Shown here: one piece after another, positions 1 to 9,607 of the stretch
Position numbering within the stretch: position 1 is the stretch's first letter
Layout: every line of letters starts with the position of its first letter
From: Chloroflexota bacterium
Lineage (GTDB): Bacteria > Chloroflexota > Dehalococcoidia > Lucifugimonadales > JADFKI01
Length of the DNA: 64,000 nt
Assembly (NCBI GenBank): GCA_027623195.1
Contig: JAQBUT010000018.1
Location: forward strand, 1 to 64,000
Direction of reading: 5' to 3'
The notes under the pieces: generated by a model
What the model saw: the letters and a program-made list of their open reading frames with translations, nothing else
Databases searched by the model: none
What the model was told of the DNA's origin: nothing
Program-made: the position numbers and the translations under genes

Positions 1-321
1 GGCGGCGGCGGTAGTATTTCAGGAACCGTCCTCCAAGCGTCAGACGGAACCACGCCAATAAGCGACATGCTAATAATAGCCTTCACCGGCAACGAGGCCC
101 TTTGGTACGAATACGAAGTGTCTACAGAAATGGATGGAACCTACGTTATAAACGATCTACCTGCGGGTAACTACATAGTGTGCTCAGAAGACGACTTCGG
201 TCAGGGCTACGTCGATGAGTGCTACAACGGCGTATTTACTGAGGAAGCGGCCACGCAGGTGACCGTGTCAGGCACCAGCGATACGCCAAACATCGATTTC
301 ACCCTGGTAGCACAACCGTAG
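1..321 (+). CDS. 5'-truncated secreted/surface protein, carboxypeptidase-regulatory-like (prealbumin-like beta-sandwich) repeat
   Basis: Frame open from base 1 (GGGGSISGTVLQASDGTTPISD...) to TAG 321; motifs GSISGTV, DGTYVINDLPAGNY, TPNIDFTL typical of such repeats. Confidence 0.7.
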   Translation, partial: GGGGSISGTVLQASDGTTPISDMLIIAFTGNEALWYEYEVSTEMDGTYVINDLPAGNYIVCSEDDFGQGYVDECYNGVFTEEAATQVTVSGTSDTPNIDFTLVAQP

Positions 322-440
322 GAAGGTCGACTAAAGGCGTCCTAGGCACAGAAATAATAAGACAAAAGATTGAAGCAATGGGTTGATGGGTAGTGGCAGG
401 TGGTGGATGCTTCCCAGCAATGTAAGGGAGCTTAAGGAAT

Positions 441-3203
441 ATGGGATTCAGACTTCGCACACGGTCGAGGTCAGCTTTGCAAGCAGTGGCTTTAGCGCTG
501 CTGCTTGCAGGGCTGGTAATGGGTCGGCCTTCTATTACGGAAGCGGCAGACCCTATTGCCAACGCCGGGGGACCGTACAGCGGTGACGAAGGCCAGCAGA
601 TCACCTTTACCGGTGACGCATCGGATGCTGAAGACGCAACAAGTTTACTGACGTTCGAGTGGGACTTCGAATTTGACGGCTCGTTTGCCATAGGGCAATC
701 CGGGGTCAACCTGAAGTCCCCTAACCACACTTATACGGACGACGGCAGCTACACCGTGGGGCTGCGGGTAAAAGACACCGAAAACAACGTCAGCGCTGTG
801 TCTACGGCCACTGTCACCATTAGCAACGTCCCACCCACTGCCAGCGCAGGCGGACCTTACACGGTAGATGAGGGATCCTCTCTCAGCTACAATGGTTCGG
901 CCACGGACCCCGGCAGCGACACCCTTACGTTCGAGTGGGACTTCGACTACGTAGCCTCCACTTTTACGGTCGATGCCTCTGGCGACGACCTTACGACACC
1001 CTCTAACACTTACCTGAACGACGCAAACAAGACGGTTGCTCTTAGGGTGCGGGATGGCGACGGCGGCGTCAGCTCCATAGTGACGGCCGCTGTAACGGTT
1101 AGCAACGTTCCGCCTACAGCAAACGCCGGAACCTCGTATACAGACGATGAAGGCAGCGCCATAACATTCAGCGGCACTGCGACGGACCCCGGCAACGAGA
1201 CCCTTACGTACGAATGGGACTTCACTTACAGCGGCGGAACGTTCAACGTGGACGACTCCGGAAGCGGTTTGACGACTCCGGCCAACACCTACACTGGCGA
1301 TGGCAATTTCACCGTAGCGCTGAGAGTCAGGGACGACGACTCCGTTAGCAATATCGCCACGGCATCTGTAACAGTAACTAACGTTCTTCCCACGGCCAAC
1401 GCAGGCGGCCCCTATACAGGAAACCTGGGAGGTCCGGTAACTTTCGCTGGCTCGGCCACAGACCCGGGCGGGGAGGCGCTTACTTACGAGTGGGACTTCG
1501 AATATGACGAGAGCACATTCGACACCGTGGGCTCTACAACAGAAGAGGGCGTCAGCCTTACGGACCCAAGTTACACCTACAGCGGCGGCGGCTCCTATAC
1601 TGTGGCATTGCGTGTTAGCGACGACGACGGCACCAGCGCAATTGTCACCGCTGGGGTGACCATCGGCGGTGCTACGGCAACACCGACTCCTTTGCCGACT
1701 AGCACGCCTACCAGCACGGCAACACCGACTCCTTCGCCGACTAGCACGCCTACCAGCACGGCAACACCGACTCCTTTGCCGACTAGCACGCCTACCAGCG
1801 GCGGAGGTGGTGGCGGCGGTGGAAGTAGCGGAGGTGGCCTGGCTAAGACCAAGACCCCTACGCCAAAGCCGACTAAGACACCGACTCCGGAGCCGACTTC
1901 CACTGCGGCGCCAGCAGCGACTGCTACGCCAGTACCGGTGTTCGAGAGCGAAGAGCAGACCAGCACCCTGTCGGTGGATGTCACGGCTTCCAAGACTGAC
2001 ATTGTCAACCTGAAGAGCGCTCTTTCGACGGCGCTGGGTACTGCGGTTTTCATTAATAACGAGACCCTTGAGGTCGTCAACACCGGCGGCGGCCTGATAA
2101 TAAGGGCCCAGGTATTCGGCGTTTCGAACGCGCAAGCTATCGTCGGAGAACTTGACGTATCACTCGGCAACCTGGTCATCGACACGGTAGACGGCCTCGG
2201 AACAGGCACATTAGCCCTGGGTACAGGCCTTAACGTCGAAGGTAACGCCTCAGTGGTGGCGATTGATGGCGCCATAGAAGTAGCCATGTCGGACCTTCAC
2301 CTTGTATTCTCTCCCGAAGCCCCGGACGCCACGACTCTGGACGGTGGCAGCCCCGACGTGACAAATTTCGGCATCAACTTTAATGTCGAGCTAAGCTCAG
2401 TGCCAGACAACGCATCGCTGGCAGTGCAGTTTGTGAAGAGCTCTGCAGCGTTCAGCAGTAGCAACGATGACGCCATCCGACAGGCCACCCAGGACTTGGG
2501 AGTCTCTATCCAAGACTCCGACAACGATATAGCCTTCGCTGTCAACGTGGATAAGGGCGGCATTACCAACGATGAGCTGGGCGCCAACGCGGTAACAATG
2601 ACCGTCAGCAAGGCCTGGTACGATCGAAAGTTGACGGAAGGCAAAGAGATAGCCATAACGAAAATCAATGACCTGGGAGTGGGCTTTAGCTCCATAGCGT
2701 CATGTTCAGTTACGGGCGATAACGCCGACTGTAGCGCTGAGTTCACCGGAGAGGCCTCCGGTTTCTCGCTGTTCGTTCTCATGGGAGTCAGCGGGGATGC
2801 AACGCCAACTGCGACTGCTACAAGGCCTCCAACGGCAACGTCTCTGCCGACGGCAACATACACGCCAAGGCCACTGGCTTTGAGCACGAGCACGCCGTTG
2901 CCAACAGCAACATTCGTGAGCGCACCGCCGACTAGCACATCGACGTCCGTACCACCCACATCGACGTCCGTACCACCCACGCCGACTCGGACCGCCACGG
3001 CGGTGCCCACGGCCACACCTTCGGCGATCGCGTCGACGAGCGACTCGGGCAGTTCGGATACAGGTTTTCCTGTCGCGGCCTTCATTGGCATTGCGGTAGG
3101 AGCAGTGGCGTTGTTCTTCGGAGCGATGGCATACCTGTGGAAGACAGGCAGATTCCCAGTGCTGCTTAGCTTCTGGAGAAGATTCAGCGAGACCGGGCGC
3201 TAG
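441..3203 (+). CDS. Secreted, membrane-anchored PKD-repeat surface protein with Pro/Thr-rich linkers
   Basis: Signal peptide; 4 repeats P.ANAGGPY...F.G.A.D...LT(F/Y)EWDF...YT..G.YTV.LRV.D; PT/ST-rich linkers; C-terminal TM helix plus basic tail; SD-like AAGGA. Confidence 0.85.
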   Translation: MGFRLRTRSRSALQAVALALLLAGLVMGRPSITEAADPIANAGGPYSGDEGQQITFTGDASDAEDATSLLTFEWDFEFDGSFAIGQSGVNLKSPNHTYTDDGSYTVGLRVKDTENNVSAVSTATVTISNVPPTASAGGPYTVDEGSSLSYNGSATDPGSDTLTFEWDFDYVASTFTVDASGDDLTTPSNTYLNDANKTVALRVRDGDGGVSSIVTAAVTVSNVPPTANAGTSYTDDEGSAITFSGTATDPGNETLTYEWDFTYSGGTFNVDDSGSGLTTPANTYTGDGNFTVALRVRDDDSVSNIATASVTVTNVLPTANAGGPYTGNLGGPVTFAGSATDPGGEALTYEWDFEYDESTFDTVGSTTEEGVSLTDPSYTYSGGGSYTVALRVSDDDGTSAIVTAGVTIGGATATPTPLPTSTPTSTATPTPSPTSTPTSTATPTPLPTSTPTSGGGGGGGGSSGGGLAKTKTPTPKPTKTPTPEPTSTAAPAATATPVPVFESEEQTSTLSVDVTASKTDIVNLKSALSTALGTAVFINNETLEVVNTGGGLIIRAQVFGVSNAQAIVGELDVSLGNLVIDTVDGLGTGTLALGTGLNVEGNASVVAIDGAIEVAMSDLHLVFSPEAPDATTLDGGSPDVTNFGINFNVELSSVPDNASLAVQFVKSSAAFSSSNDDAIRQATQDLGVSIQDSDNDIAFAVNVDKGGITNDELGANAVTMTVSKAWYDRKLTEGKEIAITKINDLGVGFSSIASCSVTGDNADCSAEFTGEASGFSLFVLMGVSGDATPTATATRPPTATSLPTATYTPRPLALSTSTPLPTATFVSAPPTSTSTSVPPTSTSVPPTPTRTATAVPTATPSAIASTSDSGSSDTGFPVAAFIGIAVGAVALFFGAMAYLWKTGRFPVLLSFWRRFSETGR
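1674..1799 (+). repeat. 3 x 42-bp tandem repeat encoding TATPTP(L/S)PTSTPTS linker
   Basis: Unit acggcaacaccgactcctttgccgactagcacgcctaccagc, three copies, one mismatch in copy 2. Confidence 0.95.
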
Positions 3204-3260
3204 CCCTAAACGGCTCTCAAAGGCGACTAATTCGACACGCAAAATGAGCGCGGGCTAAAG

Positions 3261-3533
3261 CTAGTCCGCGCTCAATGTATTTTCAGAGATTTGGCCCTCA
3301 TCAGGAGAAGCGCTGGTCAACTCGCGGTGCAAAGCCCACACCAGAAGCACCACCCACGACAGGATAATTACAGGCTCCATCCATAGTTCGAACCACTTCA
3401 CCCAGCTGGGACCCCATATTCCGAAGGTCAGCACAACCTCGCCCCAGGCGCGAACACCGACCCAAATGCCCAGGTAGACCAGCCAACCAGCCAGTCCCAG
3501 AGCCAATGCCATGAATCTCAAGAAACCTACCAT
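3261..3533 (-). CDS. Small Trp-rich membrane protein, unknown function
   Basis: 90 aa, 2-3 hydrophobic segments, GAGG upstream of ATG. Confidence 0.55.
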   Translation of the reverse strand: MVGFLRFMALALGLAGWLVYLGIWVGVRAWGEVVLTFGIWGPSWVKWFELWMEPVIILSWVVLLVWALHRELTSASPDEGQISENTLSAD

Positions 3534-3725
3534 CAGCCTCTACCTTCCAGCCCTCTCCGAACCATTCAATCAACGCGTCTTGATTTCCGTGGCGACACCT
3601 GTAATGACCAGGGTACGGACCAATCATGGATGGATGGGGGAACTGCTGGTCTAAGGCAAGTGACGATGGCGTTATTTTTTGTGAGAAGATGTGAAAATAT
3701 TGTTAGAAAACGAGGCAAGAAAACA

Positions 3726-3764
3726 CCGACATAAACATGACTAAATTAGTCATGTTTATGTCGG
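3726..3764. promoter_or_regulatory. Perfect 39-bp palindrome (19-bp arms, 1-bp centre), putative operator
   Basis: ccgacataaacatgactaa-a-ttagtcatgtttatgtcgg in a divergent intergenic region. Confidence 0.6.
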
Positions 3765-3817
3765 AGATGACAGGTACTTTAGTCGATCAAACTGGGACAT
3801 GGCGGAAGGTTTGCAGA

Positions 3818-4180
3818 ATGAAATCGCACATAACATCCATTAGCGCGGTAACGCTAGTTGTAGCGGACATGTCGGTATCGTTTAGATTCTATAGAAATCT
3901 TGGGTTCAATCCGATATACGGTGAGGAAAGCTCGGATTTTGCCAGCTTCAGGGCAGGGGAGAATTTTCTGAACCTGACACAGGGGGAAAGTCGCGAAAAG
4001 GGTCCAATCTGGGGTCGGGTTGTCTTTTTCGTGGACGACGTCGACGCTATGTATGGGCACGTCCTCGCGTTAGGTCTAGGACCGGAAGCAGAGCCGCGCA
4101 ACGCGGAGTGGCACGAGCGGTATTTCCACCTGCTGGACCCCGACGGCAACGAGCTTAGTTTCGCCAAGCCTATCGAGTAA
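3818..4180 (+). CDS. VOC/glyoxalase family protein
   Basis: ISAVTLVVADM...FY..LGF, VDDVDA, W.ERYFHLLDPDGNELSF; start moved to ATG 3818 (GGAAGG upstream). Confidence 0.85.
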   Translation: MKSHITSISAVTLVVADMSVSFRFYRNLGFNPIYGEESSDFASFRAGENFLNLTQGESREKGPIWGRVVFFVDDVDAMYGHVLALGLGPEAEPRNAEWHERYFHLLDPDGNELSFAKPIE

Positions 4181-4243
4181 GTACGCGGTGCGTCTGCTAT
4201 GTGCCTGTAGGGGCCTAAACCGGACCGAGCAAAGATTATGCGG

Positions 4244-5593
4244 CTATGCTTCCGGCCGGGATAAAAACTGCGCCAACTCCGACATGTCAGCCATGCCGTC
4301 CAGACGCCGCACCATGCCGATGATGCTCTCGACGCGCCCTTGGCCAATGAGAGGCTCGGCGTACCTCCTGAATTTGCCTGCAACTCCGTCGTAGTCCAGT
4401 GGCGACTCTAGTGAGCCGGGGAAGCCTTTGGCCTGAAGAGTGTGGCGTTTGCCTTTGATTTCCAGTGTCATCTCAGACTCCAAGCCTGAAAATCTTTCGG
4501 AGTCTTCACTTATTTCGATGCCCCTGGCCAAAGCCCTGACTACCAGATCGCGTAATGCATTCTCGTCGAAGGCCACGGGGTTGGATATATCCCGGGCCAG
4601 GGCCACAGCCACCGTAAAGGGCAGGCTGTACTGGCCACCTAGCATGTTCGTAGGCTCCCCGTCGGCGTGCCTGGAAGAGGCAATGCGCGCACCTCCAACA
4701 ATGGCCACCTTGTCAATATCCTCAGCGGAAAACGATGTCTTCTGCTTCAACTCCTGAATCGCATGGACGATAGCCTGCCCCGTGAGGTGACAGGGATAGG
4801 CCTTGATAGCTAGATCACTTGATATCCATTCGTCCCCCAGGCCGTCGGTAAGCTTGGCTGGCTGTGGGCTGGGCGAAACGGCGTTCAGGTAGCCGTGCCT
4901 GCCTTCGAAGACAGTGGTAGGCCCTGTGAAACCTTTACCCGCCAGAAGTGCGCTCTCCAGGCCCGACTGCGCCGCGCGACCCAGGTGCAGGCGCTTGGTC
5001 ATTGCTCCGTCCCTGGCAAACTCGGTTAGACCGGCTGAGTGCGAGCCTGCGATACCCAGCGCCCATGCCGTCTTTTCCTGGTCCAGACCCATCAATTTGG
5101 CTACCGCTACGGCCGCTCCGAAGGGGCCGTTGACGCCTGGATTATGGAAGCCTCGCTCGTCCTCAGTGGCCCGCGTCTGCGCTGCGCCCACACGACAGGT
5201 AACCTCGTAACCCAGCATCATGGCCAGTATGAAAGACTGGCCGTCCATGCGCTCTCGCTCGGCGAAGGCCAGCGCCGCTGGAAACACCGTGCCGCCCGGG
5301 TGGGCGGAGTGGCCCACGTGCTCAACCTCGAAAGCGCCGATCATGGCGCCGTTGACCAGGCTGGCCCTGGAAACGTCGGCTTTGGCAGATTGGCTGAACA
5401 CGGAAGCCTCTTCACAACCGCCCAGGTCTCCCACCAGCGCGGAAACCTTTTTCGACCATGGTTGCTCCGCGCCCACGAAGCCGGAGGCCAGGTTATCTAG
5501 CACGTAGACTTTAGCTTTTTCGATAACATTTGCTGGCAGGTTTACGTAGCCTGTGTCTGTGATGAACCGGGCTATTTGCATGGTCTCGTTCAT
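4244..5593 (-). CDS. MmgE/PrpD family protein
   Basis: HSAHPG, RGFH, KRLHLGRAAQSG, GFTGPTTVFEG, KAYPC, QYSLPF motifs. Confidence 0.9.
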   Translation of the reverse strand: MNETMQIARFITDTGYVNLPANVIEKAKVYVLDNLASGFVGAEQPWSKKVSALVGDLGGCEEASVFSQSAKADVSRASLVNGAMIGAFEVEHVGHSAHPGGTVFPAALAFAERERMDGQSFILAMMLGYEVTCRVGAAQTRATEDERGFHNPGVNGPFGAAVAVAKLMGLDQEKTAWALGIAGSHSAGLTEFARDGAMTKRLHLGRAAQSGLESALLAGKGFTGPTTVFEGRHGYLNAVSPSPQPAKLTDGLGDEWISSDLAIKAYPCHLTGQAIVHAIQELKQKTSFSAEDIDKVAIVGGARIASSRHADGEPTNMLGGQYSLPFTVAVALARDISNPVAFDENALRDLVVRALARGIEISEDSERFSGLESEMTLEIKGKRHTLQAKGFPGSLESPLDYDGVAGKFRRYAEPLIGQGRVESIIGMVRRLDGMADMSELAQFLSRPEA

Positions 5594-5724
5594 AGGTATT
5601 CCGTCTATGCCTTCTAGTTAGTCCTTGCGGGGGTTCGGAACCTCTCTCCGTACGTTACAAGGCTGGCTTTCCGGCAGAATGGTAACCCGACGCCGGAATC
5701 CTCGCAACGGGCCCCCAAGCACCG

Positions 5725-5753
5725 TTGACACTGCCGCGACCCACAAATACACT
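5725..5753 (+). promoter_or_regulatory. sigma70-type promoter for aldolase/SDR gene
   Basis: TTGACA-N17-TACACT. Confidence 0.6.
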
Positions 5754-5855
5754 CCAAAATATCCTACGAGCCCTGCGGATACAGTGGTCATCGGCCTTCG
5801 TTGCCAAGGCCGCATGCTTATTCCGAAAGAGGCCGGATTTCATGAGGCGAGAGAT

Positions 5856-7916
5856 ATGAATAGCCGTTGGACTAATGCCGCCGCCAGACGTGCAGTCAAA
5901 GAGTACGGGGAGCAGGGCGTTCCCGAGGAGTTGGCGTTGCGCGTGTACACGACGCGACTGCTAGGCCAGGACCCCCAGCTTGTGTTGCATGGGGGCGGCA
6001 ATACGTCGGTAAAGATGCGTACGAAGGACATGCTGGGCGACAACGTGGATGTCTTGTGCGTCAAAGGAAGCGGCTGGGATATGGGCGACATCGAAGCGCC
6101 AGGGCTGCCTCCGGTGCGACTGGAGCCGCTAGTGCGCCTACGCTCTCTGAAGAGCCTGAGCGATGAGGACATGGTCAACTTTCAACGCATCAATCTTCTG
6201 GACAGCAGCTCGCCCAACCCCTCGGTGGAGACGCTTCTGCACGCCTTTCTGCCTCACAAGTTCATCGACCACACCCATTCCAACGCCATTTTGAGCCTCA
6301 CAAATCAGCCCAACGGGGAGGAGCTTTGCCACGAGGTGTTCCGGGACAGCGTCGGGCTGGTTCCGTACATCATGCCCGGCTTCGCGCTGGCCAAGAAGGC
6401 CGCAGAGGTGTTTGAAAAAGATACCAACGTGCAGGGTCTGATAGCCCTTAAACATGGTATTTTCACCTTCGGAGAGACGGCGGAAGAGGCATACGCCCGC
6501 ATGATTGATCTGGTTACGCAGGTGGAGGAGCGGCTCAGGAAAGGGCGCAAGCGTGTTTTCGCGGCTGCAAGCATACCGCCAGGTATGCCGACTGCGGCAG
6601 ACGTCGCTCCGATAATAAGGGGCGCGTGCTCCATCCATGACGAGTCCGGACATGGAAACCATAGGCGCTTCCTGCTGAATTTTCGAACCAGTCCGGAAAT
6701 TCTGGCCTACGTAAATGGAAAGGACATTGCACGCTACAGTCAGGTGGGCGTAGCCACTCCGGACCACACCATCCGTACCAAGAACCTGCCCCTCCTGGCA
6801 GAACCACCCTCGAAAGCCAAGCTGTTGGAATTCCGTCAGTCCGTGTACGAGGCCGTTGCTACGTACGTCGCCGCTTACCACAAGTACTTCGACAAACATA
6901 ATCGGCGGTTCAAGGGCATCAAAACAGAGCTAGACCCTATGCCCCGTGTGGCGCTTGTGCCCGGCTTGGGTCTCTTCGGGTTGGGCAACACGGCAAGGGA
7001 CGCGTCCGTTGCAGCGGATATCGCCGAGAGCACTGTGCAGACCATTACCAACGCCGAGTCCATCGGCGCCTTCGAATCGGCCACGGAGTCGGACCTTTTC
7101 GACATCGAGTACTGGTCGCTGGAACAGGCAAAGCTGGGTAGCTCGACGCCCAGGCCATTCCAGGGTCAGGTCGCGGTGATCACTGGCGGTGCCGGCGCTA
7201 TCGGCGCGGCCACGGCAGCGGCATTCCAGAAGGAAGGCGCGGAGGTGGCGGTGCTGGACCTGAACGCACAGGCCGCCAAGGATACGGCAGCCTCTATGGG
7301 AAGAAACGCCCTGGCAGTTCAGTGCGATGTCACCGACGCCGCCTCCGTGCGGTCTGCCCTCGACAAGATATGCGAGACCTTCGGCGGTTTGGATATCGTT
7401 GTGTCTAATGCAGGCGCAGCATGGCAGGGCAAGATTGGGGACGTGTCCGACGAGCTTCTACGAAAAAGCTTCGAGCTTAATTTCTTTGCCCATCAGACCG
7501 TGGCCCAAAACGCAGTCAGGGTTATGCGCGCCCAGGGCACGGGCGGAGTTCTGCTTTTCAATACTTCCAAGCAGGCCGTGAATCCTGGTCCGGACTTCGG
7601 GCCATACGGACTGCCCAAGGCGGCCACGCTATTCCTGGTGCGTCAGTACGCCCTGGACCACGGAGCGGAGGGTATTCGCGCCAACGCAGTGAACGCGGAC
7701 CGTATACGCAGCGGACTGCTAACGCCGGAGATGATTGATTCGCGCTCAAAGGCCCGAGGCGTTAGCCAGGAGGACTACATGTCCGGCAACCTGTTGGGCC
7801 GCGAGGTTACCGCAGAGGATGTGGCGCAGGCATTCGTGCACCAGGCCCTGGAAATGAAGACCACCGCCAGCGTAACAACTGTAGATGGCGGCAATATTTC
7901 AGCGATACTCCGTTAG
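5856..7916 (+). CDS. Bifunctional class II aldolase / short-chain dehydrogenase (rhamnulose-1-phosphate aldolase/SDR family)
   Basis: LVLHGGGNTSVK, VKGSGWD, PSVETLLH, HTH, HG; C-terminal SDR TGGAGAIG and YGLPK; start ATG 5856 with GAGG SD downstream of promoter. Confidence 0.9.
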   Translation: MNSRWTNAAARRAVKEYGEQGVPEELALRVYTTRLLGQDPQLVLHGGGNTSVKMRTKDMLGDNVDVLCVKGSGWDMGDIEAPGLPPVRLEPLVRLRSLKSLSDEDMVNFQRINLLDSSSPNPSVETLLHAFLPHKFIDHTHSNAILSLTNQPNGEELCHEVFRDSVGLVPYIMPGFALAKKAAEVFEKDTNVQGLIALKHGIFTFGETAEEAYARMIDLVTQVEERLRKGRKRVFAAASIPPGMPTAADVAPIIRGACSIHDESGHGNHRRFLLNFRTSPEILAYVNGKDIARYSQVGVATPDHTIRTKNLPLLAEPPSKAKLLEFRQSVYEAVATYVAAYHKYFDKHNRRFKGIKTELDPMPRVALVPGLGLFGLGNTARDASVAADIAESTVQTITNAESIGAFESATESDLFDIEYWSLEQAKLGSSTPRPFQGQVAVITGGAGAIGAATAAAFQKEGAEVAVLDLNAQAAKDTAASMGRNALAVQCDVTDAASVRSALDKICETFGGLDIVVSNAGAAWQGKIGDVSDELLRKSFELNFFAHQTVAQNAVRVMRAQGTGGVLLFNTSKQAVNPGPDFGPYGLPKAATLFLVRQYALDHGAEGIRANAVNADRIRSGLLTPEMIDSRSKARGVSQEDYMSGNLLGREVTAEDVAQAFVHQALEMKTTASVTTVDGGNISAILR

Positions 7917-8037
7917 GATTAATACACTAAGTTCGCCAATAAGAAAAAGCGCCCCCAACCTCCCATAAAGAGCGATTGGGCGACGCTTAAATCTCATCTT
8001 CCAACGAAGGAAACGCCTCGGCAGGACGAACCAAGAA

Positions 8038-8844
8038 TTAACGAGGGTCGTCGGCTATCATTGAGCGACCTATGGACTCCACCAGGTTGAGCCTGTCAGC
8101 AACAAGGTCGCCATCCATCTCCGTAGCGATGGTTGGGTAACCGGCGTAGCTGAGCATCGTCGGCAGCCTGCCTCCCTTGAACTGGTCCAGTATCCACCCA
8201 AAGGAATCGGGGACAAGCGTCGTGTCGATGAAGTTACGCTCGTTCTTGTTTCTAGGGCCGTAGTGGTAGTGGGGAGCAATGCGGAAGCAGTCCACCGCGA
8301 TCAGCTCGACCTCTTCACCGGCCACGTCAGACATCACGTGAATGGCCATTCCCCCATCCTCACCGACGGTTCTCATCTCCAGGCCGAAGCGAATGTTGCC
8401 GGCCTCAATGACCTCTGTGCCGCGATTGTGCCTAACGTTGCGCCTGCCCGACTTGGTCAGGTCGCGCACAGCCGTCTCCACATCATCTACCTTGCTTGCC
8501 ACGGCGGCGTAGTCCACGCTATCGGCAAGGGCGTCGTAACCTGCCCTGCGAATCATTTCGGGCAGTTTGTTGCGAATCTGCTTGAATGTCCACCCAACGG
8601 AATTGCCAGTTACGGTGCTATCCAGCATGACCCGCTCGTTTTTATTTTCCGGGCCGTAATGGTAGTGCGGCGCGTTTGCGAAGCAGTCGAAGCGTAGGAT
8701 CTCCGTCTGCTTGCCTTCGACTTCGCCGAAAACGTTTAAGCAGACGCCTTGATCTGCGCCGCTCCCGATGCCGCCATCAATAGTTCTGTAGTGCATCACA
8801 AAAGTAACGCCACCCACTTCGATGCTAGAGTTTGCTGTTGTCAT
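8038..8844 (-). CDS. Hypothetical protein with a tandemly duplicated domain (DUF7700-like)
   Basis: Two similar halves each with G..(L/I).V...V.G...E...DCF...PHYHYGP.NKNER and LP.M...AGY; AAGGAG SD. Confidence 0.75.
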   Translation of the reverse strand: MTTANSSIEVGGVTFVMHYRTIDGGIGSGADQGVCLNVFGEVEGKQTEILRFDCFANAPHYHYGPENKNERVMLDSTVTGNSVGWTFKQIRNKLPEMIRRAGYDALADSVDYAAVASKVDDVETAVRDLTKSGRRNVRHNRGTEVIEAGNIRFGLEMRTVGEDGGMAIHVMSDVAGEEVELIAVDCFRIAPHYHYGPRNKNERNFIDTTLVPDSFGWILDQFKGGRLPTMLSYAGYPTIATEMDGDLVADRLNLVESIGRSMIADDPR

Positions 8845-8959
8845 AATGCTCTCCTTGTTTGCTTCTCATTATTTGCCGCCTCTTGATTCCGTCCAACACA
8901 TATCGCCAAAAACATTCGAATTCGCGATTCTCATGCCACCAGCGAATTAACTTAGCGCG

Positions 8960-8989
8960 AGTGTAATTGCAAGCCTTATTTTGTGTCAA
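8960..8989 (-). promoter_or_regulatory. sigma70-type promoter for 8038..8844
   Basis: Minus strand TTGACA-N18-TACACT. Confidence 0.5.
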
Positions 8990-9163
8990 CATTCCTCTCA
9001 AGATGTGGAAAATATGGGCAGTAGACCTGGGCCAATCCACACATTTGACTATGGCCATCGGGCGCATTATCGTTTGTCACAACCAGTATCGGTCAGGTAT
9101 CCGGCATTCCAGCGCGAATATTCAGCGAGAGGTTACGTAAAAAGACTGCAAGGAGAAGAGCAG

Positions 9164-9460
9164 ATGAGTGACAAGGAGTTAGGCGGCGTAGGGTCTTACG
9201 TCCTTTTCGAGAACGAAGTGGTCAAGGTCTGGCAGAACGACCTTCAGCCGGGCCAGTCCAGCGACTGGCACCAGCACGAGAACAACTACCTCTTCGTGGC
9301 AACGGTACACGGCGAGTTGACTGTGGAGCACAACAATGGTGAAAAGCAGGACACCATAATGAAGCCTGGCAGCGTTGTCATGGGCGAGAAGGAATCAATT
9401 CATCAGCTAAGCAACAGGGGCGACACGCCCTACTCCAGCGTAATCATAGAAATTAAATAG
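9164..9460 (+). CDS. Cupin domain protein
   Basis: LFENEVVKVW...LQPGQSSDWHQH...H.L.N.G...IIEIK; AAGGAG SD before ATG 9164. Confidence 0.8.
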   Translation: MSDKELGGVGSYVLFENEVVKVWQNDLQPGQSSDWHQHENNYLFVATVHGELTVEHNNGEKQDTIMKPGSVVMGEKESIHQLSNRGDTPYSSVIIEIK

Positions 9461-9607
9461 TTTTGGGTTGTTGGATAACGAAGGCTTTAGAGCCAAAGAG
9501 ACCACCGTTTCTCTAAAGACGATTTTCAGATTGTTGGACGGACCACGTCTGGTCGTTGAACGAATTTTTAAAACGAAGCATACAACTGTAAACGTAGGAA
9601 GAAAAAT

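Noticed and set aside
1674..1799. Possible CRISPR array
   Set aside because: Contiguous in-frame coding repeats without unique spacers; no cas genes
645..3091. Long antisense ORFs (645..2135, 1595..2287, 2297..3091)
   Set aside because: Shadows of the repetitive PKD/Pro-Thr gene; low-complexity translations with no family motifs
5625..5855. 77-aa N-terminal extension of the aldolase/SDR
   Set aside because: A promoter at 5725-5753 and an SD before ATG 5856 lie inside it
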